A stretch of 64,000 bases of DNA from Promethearchaeota archaeon (GTDB lineage Archaea > Asgardarchaeota > Lokiarchaeia > Sigyniarchaeales > SOKP01). The position numbers and the translations under genes were made by a program. Below, one piece after another: positions 40,764-50,690 of this stretch. The stretch's first letter is position 1; each line of letters opens with the position of its first letter. The stretch covers positions 102,655 to 166,654 of the forward strand of contig JBHLPW010000001.1 of the NCBI GenBank assembly GCA_048939015.1, written 5' to 3'. The notes beneath the pieces are model-generated. The model was not told where the DNA came from, searched no databases, and was given only the letters and a program-made list of their open reading frames with translations.

Positions 40764-43700
40764 ATGGTAATAAAAATTCGCGGTGCTCAGGAAAACAATT
40801 TAAAGAATGTTAATGTTGACATCAAAGATGGACTTACTGTGGTAACTGGAGTTTCTGGTTCAGGAAAAACTTCACTTATATTCGATATATTGTATAAAGA
40901 AGCTCGTCGGAGGTTTTTAGAAGCATTTTCAGTCAGTAAGGATGAATTGAAATTAAATCCTGCAAAAGTAGAGTTTATAACAGGATTAGGACCTACGATC
41001 GCACTTGGACAAAATGTTCTTAACCGAAATCCAAATTCTATCTTAGCATCTGCTATAGGTCTTATTCCACTTTTAAAGATTTTATATGCTAGGTTTGGGG
41101 ATAGAAAGTGCCATGTATGTGGAAGCAAATTATCAGTCTTAAAAGAAGATGAAATAATTGAAAAAGTCGATGGATTGAGAAATATAGAGCCATTGCTAAT
41201 TTCTGCACTTTTAGTAAGGAAAGTAAAAGGAAGTCATCAAACTTTAATCAAACTTCTAAAAAAGCAATTTGGTATTGAAGCAGTATTAGTAGATGGAAAA
41301 CCTATAAGGTCGAAAATAAATCCAAAAATTGCTCATGACATTCAAATTCAAATTGGTCAAGTTACTAAGGACAGCAATCTTAACGAGATTCGAGATATCC
41401 TTAAAATCATTAGCTCACTAGGGGCAAATTCATTAATTATTGAAGGTCAAACAGTAAAATCTCTCATCTCCCGAGTTCCTGCATGTGTGGAATGTGGCAC
41501 TTGGTTTGGTGACCTTGAACCAACACATTTTAAAAAAAATTGTCCCCATTGTAAAGGAAAAGGTTGTAAAGAATGTAATGAAACAGGATATCATCCATTA
41601 GCATCTAATGTTACCTGGGAAGGTATTCAATTCCCACAGTTATTAACAAAATCGGTGGGAGAGTTATTCACTTATTTCTCTAAAGAAGATTTACCAATCA
41701 CGAGTAGAATATTTCAAGAAATTAAGAAACGTTTACTTGCTCTAAAATCTGTAGGTTTAGATTATTTAAATTTGGATCGAGTTTCTCCAACTTTATCAAG
41801 AGGGGAATCTCAAAGAGTTCGATTAGCTATTGCGTTATTAAGTGAATTAGAAGATATAACTCATGTTCTTGATGAACCGACAATTGGTCAGCATCCTGCT
41901 GATATTGCACGATTATTACCTGTATTTCAGAACCTTGCTGGACCAGTAATTTATATTGAACATGACCAACAAGCTGCAATAGTTGCAGATAATGTGATTG
42001 ATATCGGTCCTGGCGCTGGAGGTGATGGTGGTGAGATTATATTTACAGGGACACCTGCTGAGTTATGGAAGGCGGATACACCTACTGGTAAATTTTTTAG
42101 TTTAAGAGCTAAGGTACAAATTCCTAAGCATAGACCTAAACCTCAATTGTTTTTTACAGTTGATAAAGCTAGCATGCATAATCTTAAGAATATAACTTGC
42201 AAGATCCCAATAAATCGTCTAACAGTAATCACAGGGGTATCAGGTTCAGGAAAAAGTACTTTAGTCGAAGATGTATTATTTCCTACACTAAAAGGAAAGG
42301 AAACTATTGGTTGCGATGGAATAAAAGGTCCAAAATTGAAACCTATAATGGTCGATCAAGGACCTATTGGAAATAATCCTAGATCTAATCCTGCTACTTA
42401 TACCAAGATTGCTGATCTCATTAGAAAAATTTTTGCTAAAGCTACAAAGTTTAGTGCTACTTATTTTTCATTTAATACTTCAGAAGGTCAATGTCCCACT
42501 TGTAATGGGATGGGTGCCCTTGAGATTAAAATGAGATATTTACCTTCTAATTGGATCACTTGTCCAGATTGTAATGGTCAGAGATTTTCTGAAGAGATTT
42601 TAGCTGAAAAGGTTCTATTTGAAGACAAAGAACATTCTATTGCAGATTTCTATGATCTTCCAATTTCAGAGGTTTCAAAGATTCTTGATAAAGAACAAAG
42701 ATTATCTATTGGAGATCTAAATTCTGTAAGACAGATGTTAAATGCTCTTAATGATATCGGTTTGGGATATCTTTCTTTAGGTCAACCTTCACCAACTTTA
42801 TCTGGAGGTGAAGCTCAACGGATTAAATTATCTAAGTACCTTGGAAGGAAGTCTTTAAAAGGCAATTTAATTATTCTTGATGAACCTTCAACAGGATTAC
42901 ATCCTCAAGATTTAGCAGGACTTCTAAAAATTTTAAATAATTTAGTTCAAAATGGAGCCACGATTGTTATTGTAGAACATAATATTGATATAATTAAAGC
43001 TGCTGACTGGATTATAGATTTAGGCCCTGGTTCTGGACCTAACGGTGGAGAAATAATATATCAGGGTCCCCTAAATGAGTTTATGGATGTAAATGGATCT
43101 CTTACAGCACGAGCTTTAAAGAAAGAAGAAAGGACAATACCTCTAATCGAAAAAGCAATTAAGAGAAGAGAGAGTTCAGAAAATATAATTATTCAAAATG
43201 CTCATGTTCATAATTTAAAAAACGTAAATGTTGAAATACCAAAAAGAAAATTAACGGTTATCACAGGAGTATCTGGATCAGGTAAATCTAGTTTGATTAT
43301 AGATACACTTGAAACAGAAGCAAGACGAAGATATTTAGAAACCTTGTCGATGTATGAGAGACAAAGTACTAAAGAAATTAATGAAGCTCTTGTAGAAGAT
43401 GTTAAAGGTTTAGGCATCACCGCATTAATAATTCCTGAAAAATTAATACATGGTTGGTATTTAAACCTTCGAAATACTATTGGAAAGGTAACTGATATAA
43501 ATCTCCATTTAGCGAATATTTTCTCATATATGGGGGAAAGAACTTGTCCTAAATGTAAAGAATGGATGAAAAGAGATGATAAATGGTATTGTGAAAGATG
43601 TGATATCTCATTACCTTTTGCTAAACCAAGACATTTCATATCTACTAATTATTCTGCAGCTTGTCTTAAATGTCATGGAGTAGGGTCATCTCAAGTTCCT

Positions 43701-45635
43701 AACCCAAATAAATTAATAATTCATCCTGAAAAACCATTATGTAATGGCGCCATGTATTCACCAGGATTTTTTCCAAAAGGATATTTATGTAAACCCTATA
43801 ATCATGGTTACTACATAGTCCAAGCTCTCGCAACACGTTATTGTTTTGATCCTTTTTCAACTGCTTGGAATGATATGCCAGACAAGGCAAAAAATGCATT
43901 TTTATTTGGAGATAACGAACCTTTAGATATTGAATATGAAAATAAGAAAGGTCAGGTTTATAAGAGACTAGAAAAATTTCTAGGCTTCTATAAACACTGG
44001 TTAAGAGATTGGGATGTAGGAGGAACATATACTGATAAAGAGATATGTGATGAGTGTCATGGAATGAAGTTACGCCCTCAATATTTAGCTATCTCCCTTT
44101 TTGGATATAATATTCCTCAGTTATGCGAGAGACCATTGAAAGAACTCTATGAAATTCTTAAAAAAGGAAAGAATGATGTTAATACTCCAAGGTTTGTGAA
44201 AAATAGTTTTAAAATCATTTCAACTCGTTTGGAATTTCTAATAAAAACAGGATTAGGATATATTAATTTAAATCGAGTTGCTGAAAGCCTATCTGCTGGA
44301 GAGGCTCAGAGAGTAAGGTTAGCTGGACTATTAGGGAGTGATTTGACATCCTTAACTGTTCTACTTGATGAACCCTCAAGGGGTCTACATCCTTCAGAAC
44401 TAAAAACATTAATAAATGTTCTAAAAGAACTATGTGAAAAAGGCAATACAATTATAATAATTGAACATGATCAGCTATTTATGGAATTTGCTGATTATAT
44501 TATTGATATGGGACCTGGAGCAGGGGTTAACGGCGGTAAAATTGTAGCTAAAGGAACTTTAGAACAAATAATGAAATTTAATACTATTACGGGAGATTGG
44601 ATAAGTGGAAGGAAGAAATTTAAATTATCAAAGAAAAATAGAATACCAAAGAAATGGTTAAAGATTTTTGGAGCTAAGGAAAATAATCTAAAAGGTGAAT
44701 TAGTAGAAATTCCTCATAATTTATTAATAGGGTTATGTGGAGTTTCAGGTTCAGGAAAAAGTACTTTGTTAATTGACACATTGGGAAGAGCTTTAGTACC
44801 TATTAAGCATACAACTTCAGTATCTAGAGAGCCTATTGATCCCGGGGAATATGATAAGATTAAAGGTGCCCTACCACAAACAATACTTATTGATCAAACC
44901 AAGGCAAAAATGGGAAGTCCTCTTAAATTTTTAGGATTAGATACGCCTATAATTAAAATTTATGCTGAGAGTGAAGATGCTAAGCTATTGAATTTAGATG
45001 AAAAAATACTAAAAAAAAGATGTTCTGTTTGTAATGGGCGGGGTGTTATCAAATTAGACATGAGATTCTTACCTGATATTATCGAAACTTGCGAAACTTG
45101 TAAAGGCTCCGGGTACCTCGCTGAAGCATGGAATGTGTATTATAAAGGTGTTTCACTGCCAGAAGTAAATAATTTAACCATTGATGAAGCACTACAGTTG
45201 TTTAAAGATTTTGAAACAATTACTACTAAATTAAGTTATGCAAAAAAAGTAGGGCTGGGTTATTTACAATTAAATCAACCCGCTCGTACTCTTTCTGGAG
45301 GAGAGGCCCAAAGGCTTAAAATAGTAAAGGAATTTTCTAAGAAATCTAATAGAGAAACGCTTTATATTTTAGATGAACCTACTATTGGGCAGCATATGGA
45401 AGATATTTCTAATTTAATTGATGTGTTACATCTTTTGGTTAATTATGGTCATACTGTAATTGTTATCGAACACCACCCGCATGTTTTAGCATCTTGTGAT
45501 TGGATTATAGAATTAGGACCAGGAGCAGGACCAGAGGGAGGTCGAATCATTGCTAAAGGTCCACCTGAAGAAATAGCTAAACTGAACACACCCACCGCAC
45601 CTTATTTAAAAAAAGTATTGGAGGGAGAAATGTGA
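40764..45635 (+). CDS. Double-length UvrA-like protein (four ABC NBDs)
   Basis: Four GVSGSGK Walker A motifs and four signatures (LSRGE, LSGGE, LSAGE, LSGGE). Confidence 0.9.
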   Translation: MVIKIRGAQENNLKNVNVDIKDGLTVVTGVSGSGKTSLIFDILYKEARRRFLEAFSVSKDELKLNPAKVEFITGLGPTIALGQNVLNRNPNSILASAIGLIPLLKILYARFGDRKCHVCGSKLSVLKEDEIIEKVDGLRNIEPLLISALLVRKVKGSHQTLIKLLKKQFGIEAVLVDGKPIRSKINPKIAHDIQIQIGQVTKDSNLNEIRDILKIISSLGANSLIIEGQTVKSLISRVPACVECGTWFGDLEPTHFKKNCPHCKGKGCKECNETGYHPLASNVTWEGIQFPQLLTKSVGELFTYFSKEDLPITSRIFQEIKKRLLALKSVGLDYLNLDRVSPTLSRGESQRVRLAIALLSELEDITHVLDEPTIGQHPADIARLLPVFQNLAGPVIYIEHDQQAAIVADNVIDIGPGAGGDGGEIIFTGTPAELWKADTPTGKFFSLRAKVQIPKHRPKPQLFFTVDKASMHNLKNITCKIPINRLTVITGVSGSGKSTLVEDVLFPTLKGKETIGCDGIKGPKLKPIMVDQGPIGNNPRSNPATYTKIADLIRKIFAKATKFSATYFSFNTSEGQCPTCNGMGALEIKMRYLPSNWITCPDCNGQRFSEEILAEKVLFEDKEHSIADFYDLPISEVSKILDKEQRLSIGDLNSVRQMLNALNDIGLGYLSLGQPSPTLSGGEAQRIKLSKYLGRKSLKGNLIILDEPSTGLHPQDLAGLLKILNNLVQNGATIVIVEHNIDIIKAADWIIDLGPGSGPNGGEIIYQGPLNEFMDVNGSLTARALKKEERTIPLIEKAIKRRESSENIIIQNAHVHNLKNVNVEIPKRKLTVITGVSGSGKSSLIIDTLETEARRRYLETLSMYERQSTKEINEALVEDVKGLGITALIIPEKLIHGWYLNLRNTIGKVTDINLHLANIFSYMGERTCPKCKEWMKRDDKWYCERCDISLPFAKPRHFISTNYSAACLKCHGVGSSQVPNPNKLIIHPEKPLCNGAMYSPGFFPKGYLCKPYNHGYYIVQALATRYCFDPFSTAWNDMPDKAKNAFLFGDNEPLDIEYENKKGQVYKRLEKFLGFYKHWLRDWDVGGTYTDKEICDECHGMKLRPQYLAISLFGYNIPQLCERPLKELYEILKKGKNDVNTPRFVKNSFKIISTRLEFLIKTGLGYINLNRVAESLSAGEAQRVRLAGLLGSDLTSLTVLLDEPSRGLHPSELKTLINVLKELCEKGNTIIIIEHDQLFMEFADYIIDMGPGAGVNGGKIVAKGTLEQIMKFNTITGDWISGRKKFKLSKKNRIPKKWLKIFGAKENNLKGELVEIPHNLLIGLCGVSGSGKSTLLIDTLGRALVPIKHTTSVSREPIDPGEYDKIKGALPQTILIDQTKAKMGSPLKFLGLDTPIIKIYAESEDAKLLNLDEKILKKRCSVCNGRGVIKLDMRFLPDIIETCETCKGSGYLAEAWNVYYKGVSLPEVNNLTIDEALQLFKDFETITTKLSYAKKVGLGYLQLNQPARTLSGGEAQRLKIVKEFSKKSNRETLYILDEPTIGQHMEDISNLIDVLHLLVNYGHTVIVIEHHPHVLASCDWIIELGPGAGPEGGRIIAKGPPEEIAKLNTPTAPYLKKVLEGEM

Positions 45636-46666
45636 CTTGGATTCCACTTTTATTGACTGATCCATCGCCTTGTTTACGATATTTAGTATTAACTGAATTG
45701 CTAAATCTTTCCAAAGATGAAGAAGAAGTACAAGAATTATCAGAAATGAGAGAATCAGACCCGTTCGTTAAAGATTTAATAAAATTCCAAAAATCGAATG
45801 GAGCTTGGGATTCATTAGGGCTAGATAGAATTATAACTAGTGAAAACCTTCAAATAGCATCGATAGCATTACAAAGACTAGGATATTTCGGATTCAATTC
45901 GTCACATCAGGTGGTACAGAGAGCTGCAGAATTTATATTTTCAAAACAAAAAGATGATGGATCTTGGCCAATGCCAGGTAAAAAAGTACGCACAGATGAA
46001 GAAATTGGATATCAAATGATGCCCATTCAAACTGCTATTCCCCTTTTAGGATTAGTCATGTGTGGATACTCAACTGATGAAAGGGCTGAGAATGGATTTG
46101 AATGGTTGATGAAACAACGTTTAGAAGATGGAGCATGGCCTGTTGGATTATCTGCAGGTAATTATGGTGGAATCGCAGGATATCGTCGACTTGCTCATTC
46201 AAGGTGGGGTTGTCGGTCTAGTACAACAACAGTTCTTAGCTGTCTTGCGTATCACCCTAAACGTAGAAATAGTAATGAAGCTAAACGAGCGTTGGATCTA
46301 ATACTTGGAACTAATCTAAAATTAAGAAACAATCTTGGTTTCGTGATTGCACGTCTTCTTGGACTAGAAAAATCTATAGGACAAATAACTTTTATGGCTA
46401 AATTTGATATAGCACATATCTTAAATCTCTGTTGGAGAATTGGAGCGAATCAAGATGATGAGAGAGTTTTTGATTTTATAGAATTCGTAAAATCAGAACA
46501 GGGAAAATTTGGATTATGGGATTATATACCGAATCCACAAGCTACACGTTGGTTAACATTTGACTTGCTTAAATCACTTTCCAATATAGACAAAAACATA
46601 GAATGGATTTCTGAGGAACCACGTACTCCTTTTCAATCATATCCTAAAAAAATAAAAAGATTCTAA
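45632..46666 (+). CDS. Prenyltransferase/squalene-cyclase repeat (QW-repeat) protein
   Basis: QKSNGAW, QKDDGSW, RLEDGAW, QGKFGLW repeats; no DXDD seen; GTGA overlap with the UvrA-like gene. Confidence 0.78.
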   Translation: MTWIPLLLTDPSPCLRYLVLTELLNLSKDEEEVQELSEMRESDPFVKDLIKFQKSNGAWDSLGLDRIITSENLQIASIALQRLGYFGFNSSHQVVQRAAEFIFSKQKDDGSWPMPGKKVRTDEEIGYQMMPIQTAIPLLGLVMCGYSTDERAENGFEWLMKQRLEDGAWPVGLSAGNYGGIAGYRRLAHSRWGCRSSTTTVLSCLAYHPKRRNSNEAKRALDLILGTNLKLRNNLGFVIARLLGLEKSIGQITFMAKFDIAHILNLCWRIGANQDDERVFDFIEFVKSEQGKFGLWDYIPNPQATRWLTFDLLKSLSNIDKNIEWISEEPRTPFQSYPKKIKRF

Positions 46667-46719
46667 AAAGATCTATAAATATTTCACATATTCTATTAAT
46701 TAACATTAAAGGTGAAATT

Positions 46720-47133
46720 ATGAAAACGTCTCTCCATCATGCTCATCTTTTTGCTTCGAATCTTGATGAAAGTATTAAATTTTACCAAGAGATGTTTGGA
46801 GCAAATGTTTTATTTGATTTGAAAATGGCAGGAGCAAGAAATGTAATGATAACAATAGGATCTTCAAAAATTAATTTTTATGATCAACCCCCAAAAGACC
46901 AAGGGCGTGGCGCTATTCATCATTTAGGGATTGAAACTGACGATTTAGAAGCACTTGTTGCACACATGGAAAAAAAAGGCTTTCAATTTAGAAAAGAAAT
47001 AAAAACTTTCGGTCCTTTAAGGTATGTGATGGCAGGTGCTCCTGACAATGTGCTTCTAGAACTTTTTGAAGTAGTAAAAGATAAGGTTTCAGAAGATCAA
47101 TATAATCAAATTTCAACTTTGGATCTTTTCTAA
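46720..47133 (+). CDS. VOC/glyoxalase/bleomycin-resistance family protein
   Basis: LHHAHL, IHHLGIETDD, PDNVLLELFE. Confidence 0.88.
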   Translation: MKTSLHHAHLFASNLDESIKFYQEMFGANVLFDLKMAGARNVMITIGSSKINFYDQPPKDQGRGAIHHLGIETDDLEALVAHMEKKGFQFRKEIKTFGPLRYVMAGAPDNVLLELFEVVKDKVSEDQYNQISTLDLF

Positions 47134-47205
47134 TAATACAATAGTCTTTTTTTTTCATCTATTATTCTATCATTTTAAGAGAAATTATTAATTTTAAATT
47201 CTAAT

Positions 47206-50064
47206 ATGAAAGAAGTTAATATCGCTTTAAATGAATTATTTAGTGTAAACCAAAAACTTACATTTTTAATTGGTGCTGGGTGTTCTGTAGATCCTCCTTC
47301 AAGATTACCGGCTGGACGTCCGATGATGGATGCGATCATTCAATATACTTGTATCGAATCAGAGATAGAAAGAATTTCTCAATTAGAAAATCTCCGTTTT
47401 GAAGCTTTAGCTGAAATAGTTCGAGATAATATTGACGAGGATTTGAAAATAATTGATTATTATGGTGAATGCGAAAATCCAAATATTCAACACTTCTTCC
47501 TTGCTGAAATGATTAACAATGGCAATTTTGTAATGACAACAAATTTTGATTTTTTAATAGAGTACGCATTACTTCAAATTGGAGTACCTAAGGAAGAATT
47601 AAAGATAATTATAACTCAAAAAAATTTTGAGAAATATAAAGATCCCGAAGACCTATATACGAGGGGATTAAAAACACTTTACAAGATTCATGGTTCTAAA
47701 AAAAATATTATAAAAAATAAAGATACTGCTAATACTCTGGTAGCTACAATTCAAGCATTTGGTTCAAATAAAGAGGGATTAAATGTTTTTCAAGTTGAAC
47801 CCTTTAAACGTGAACTTTTTGATAATATCTCAAGAAACCGTTCATTTGTAATTATGGGTTATTCTGGGAGTGATGATTTTGATGTTGTTCCAACGATAAA
47901 AGCTCTTAAAAACATAAAAAATGTTATCTGGATAAATTATATGAAAGATGATGCAAATAAAGCCCATATTTTTGAAATTGATGAGGAAACCTTGAAAAAT
48001 TATGATAATCTAAGTAAAGTGAATCAAATTCTTGCAGATATTAAGCGAATGGATTTTGCTGAACATATATATCGAGTTGATGTGAATACATCTCGTTTCA
48101 TAAAAGACATTATGAAAACTGAGCCGCCCATTAACCAAGGTGAAACTGAAGCAAATCCATTAGAATGGCTTAAGCTTAATTTTGATAAACCTAGTGAATT
48201 TACGAAATATTTTATACCTCATAAAATATACCTTGAATTAGGTATGTTTGATGATGCATTGAGATGTGCAAAAGAAATGATCAAATTATTATCTGATACA
48301 GATAATTTAGAAAATAAATCAGTGATTTTAAGTAATATTGGATTTATCAATTACAATCAGAGTAATTATGAAGAAGCCTTAGAAAGATATCAAGAATCCA
48401 TTCAAATTGATGAAGAGTTAGGTTTAGCATCTAAAAAGCCGGGAAGTTATGCTAATATTGGAAAAATTAATGAAGAACAGGGTAAATATGATAAAGCGTT
48501 AAAGTATTATGAAAAAGCCTTTAAAATAGCAGAAGAATTGAATGATGATCAAAGAAGAGGTTTATATTTAATCAATATGGGAAATACACTTCAAAATTTA
48601 GGAAAATTTGATGACTCACTAAATAATTATCAAACTGCTTTAAAACTTACTGAAAAAGTTGGAGATTTGTCAGCAAAATCAAAGTGTTTAAATGATATTG
48701 GAAGCCTTTACTATGATAAAGGAGATATTAATAATGCTCTAAAATATTATCTAGATTCTCTTGCAATTGATGAACAGTTAGCTAACTTTCCAGGAATCGC
48801 TGTATCATACAATAACATCGGTTTAATACATTATGATCTTGGAGATGATTTTGAAGCCTTAAAATGGTTTGAAAAAGCGCTTGAATTAACTGAAAGAATT
48901 GGGAATTTAACAAGTAAGGCTATTAGTCTAAATAATCTTGCATTAGTATACCAACATCTTAAAAAGTATGAAAAAGCTTTAGAGACATTCCATAAATCTC
49001 TTGAGATTAAAGAAAAGCTTAAAATTGAGGCTGATAAAGCTGGAGTATTTAATAATATCGGAAATGTTTATTTTGATCAAGAAATGTACCCAGAAGCTTT
49101 AGACTGGTATGAAAAGGGGCTTGATTTGAATAGAAAAATTAAAAATCTACCGGATATTGCTGTATCATTAAATAACATAGGTACAGTTTTTGAAAGACAA
49201 AAAAATTTTTCTGATGCAATAAAGCATTATAAGGAAGCTACGGGTATATTTGAGCAATTGGGAAATCAACTTTCAATTTCTATTATTATGAATAATATAG
49301 GAAATAGTTATAGAGTTCAAGGAGAACACATGAAAGCATTAGAATACTATAAGAATTCATTAGAAATTACCGAAAAAATTGGTAATCAAATGGAAAAAGC
49401 TACCACTTTGAATGCGATTGGGCAGTTGCATACTGACTTAGAGAATTATGAGGAAGCATTATATTCATACGAAAATGCTCTTAAAATTTATACAGAATTC
49501 AATAACTTACCCGATAAAGCTCTTTGTCTCAATACTATTGGATTGATTAATAATGCTACAGGAAATTCGTTGATTGCGCTTGAAAAATGGAAAGAATCAT
49601 TAGCAATTAGTGAGGAACTAGAAAATGTAGAATGGCAAGCTATACTTCTGAATAGTCTTTCAAAAACATGCGAAGAATTGAAAGAATATAATGCAGCATT
49701 AGAATATTATTACAAATTGATGAACGTTCATGAAATCCTTGGTGATATTGCAGAAACTGCAACCGATTTGAGTAATATAGCAAATATACATAACAAGTTA
49801 GGTAATCAAAATGAAGCAATAAAAATATATGAAAAAGCAATAGAAATTTCAAATGAATTAGAAGAAAAATTTCAAAAAACTAAAAAATCCAAATATAATA
49901 ATAGAATTGGAATGATTTATTTTAAACAGGGAGAATATCAAACAGCTTTCGAAAAATTTAATATTGCTCTGAAATTTTTAGAGGAAATTAAACTCGATGA
50001 TTCACCGTTGGCAACAAACATAAAAAAAAACATCAGTATTACCCAAAAGAAGATAGAAAATTAG
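47206..50064 (+). CDS. SIR2-like domain plus long TPR array
   Basis: FLIGAGCS, TTNFD, KIHGS, GYSGSDDFD, then about 15 repeats of about 40 aa (NNIG.....G....AL..Y..AL.I). Confidence 0.88.
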   Translation: MKEVNIALNELFSVNQKLTFLIGAGCSVDPPSRLPAGRPMMDAIIQYTCIESEIERISQLENLRFEALAEIVRDNIDEDLKIIDYYGECENPNIQHFFLAEMINNGNFVMTTNFDFLIEYALLQIGVPKEELKIIITQKNFEKYKDPEDLYTRGLKTLYKIHGSKKNIIKNKDTANTLVATIQAFGSNKEGLNVFQVEPFKRELFDNISRNRSFVIMGYSGSDDFDVVPTIKALKNIKNVIWINYMKDDANKAHIFEIDEETLKNYDNLSKVNQILADIKRMDFAEHIYRVDVNTSRFIKDIMKTEPPINQGETEANPLEWLKLNFDKPSEFTKYFIPHKIYLELGMFDDALRCAKEMIKLLSDTDNLENKSVILSNIGFINYNQSNYEEALERYQESIQIDEELGLASKKPGSYANIGKINEEQGKYDKALKYYEKAFKIAEELNDDQRRGLYLINMGNTLQNLGKFDDSLNNYQTALKLTEKVGDLSAKSKCLNDIGSLYYDKGDINNALKYYLDSLAIDEQLANFPGIAVSYNNIGLIHYDLGDDFEALKWFEKALELTERIGNLTSKAISLNNLALVYQHLKKYEKALETFHKSLEIKEKLKIEADKAGVFNNIGNVYFDQEMYPEALDWYEKGLDLNRKIKNLPDIAVSLNNIGTVFERQKNFSDAIKHYKEATGIFEQLGNQLSISIIMNNIGNSYRVQGEHMKALEYYKNSLEITEKIGNQMEKATTLNAIGQLHTDLENYEEALYSYENALKIYTEFNNLPDKALCLNTIGLINNATGNSLIALEKWKESLAISEELENVEWQAILLNSLSKTCEELKEYNAALEYYYKLMNVHEILGDIAETATDLSNIANIHNKLGNQNEAIKIYEKAIEISNELEEKFQKTKKSKYNNRIGMIYFKQGEYQTAFEKFNIALKFLEEIKLDDSPLATNIKKNISITQKKIEN

Positions 50065-50093
50065 GATCTTATTTTTAATATAATCACCTTTTT

Positions 50094-50525
50094 TCATTCC
50101 TTTTTGTTAACTTTATCTGAATGATTATAATCATTATCTAAGAATTGATTTATTATTTTATCAATTTCCTTTCCAACATCAGAGGCCAAGCCAGGATGAT
50201 CTTCAACTGGAACATCAACTCCCATTATAGGCGTTAAGATCTTATCTTCTTCATCGATAACATCATATTCTTTTAAAATTTTTTTTTTTATTTCTATATC
50301 TTCATCATTCGATAACCAAAACATGCCTTTAGGACAATTAATTAAGATTTTAGTAACCAAATGAATCTGATAATGACAACTTGAACATTCATAATAATAT
50401 TCATCATCAAGTATTTTTTTGAATAATTCTGGATTTAACCATGTATTAATTGATGCTTCCCAGATAATTCGAAAAGATTTTTCACAGTGAGGACAAATTA
50501 TTTCTTCACTAGTTAAACGTGTCAT
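50094..50525 (-). CDS. CpXC-type zinc-ribbon protein
   Basis: CPHC...WEASIN...CSSC. Confidence 0.7.
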   Translation of the reverse strand: MTRLTSEEIICPHCEKSFRIIWEASINTWLNPELFKKILDDEYYYECSSCHYQIHLVTKILINCPKGMFWLSNDEDIEIKKKILKEYDVIDEEDKILTPIMGVDVPVEDHPGLASDVGKEIDKIINQFLDNDYNHSDKVNKKE

Positions 50526-50605
50526 TATTCTTATCTACCCACTTTACGCAATAATATTTATTAATTTTGTTTTATTTTTATTTTTGTTTTAGTATCATAA
50601 CATAG

Positions 50606-50635
50606 TTGTCACCATTACGTGACAAGATTTAAATA
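50606..50635 (+). promoter_or_regulatory. Palindromic operator abutting the TATA box of the actin gene
   Basis: TTGTCAC-cattac-GTGACAA (50606-50625), then TTTAAATA at 50628-50635. Confidence 0.7.
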
Positions 50636-50690
50636 TTATTATTTTTATTCTAATTATAAAACAATAAAAAACAAAAGAGGTGGTTTTAAA

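Noticed and set aside
45632-46666. Squalene-hopene cyclase / hopanoid synthesis
   Set aside because: Only a single QW-repeat barrel of 344 aa, no DXDD catalytic motif, and no isoprenoid genes nearby.
48300-50000. Periodic sequence as a possible CRISPR or tandem DNA repeat
   Set aside because: It is protein-level TPR periodicity with degenerate DNA and no repeat-spacer structure.
50619-50690. Track N-terminal extension of actin (MTRFKYYYFY...)
   Set aside because: It starts at a GTG inside the operator, upstream of the TATA box, and reads through AT-rich promoter sequence and the SD.
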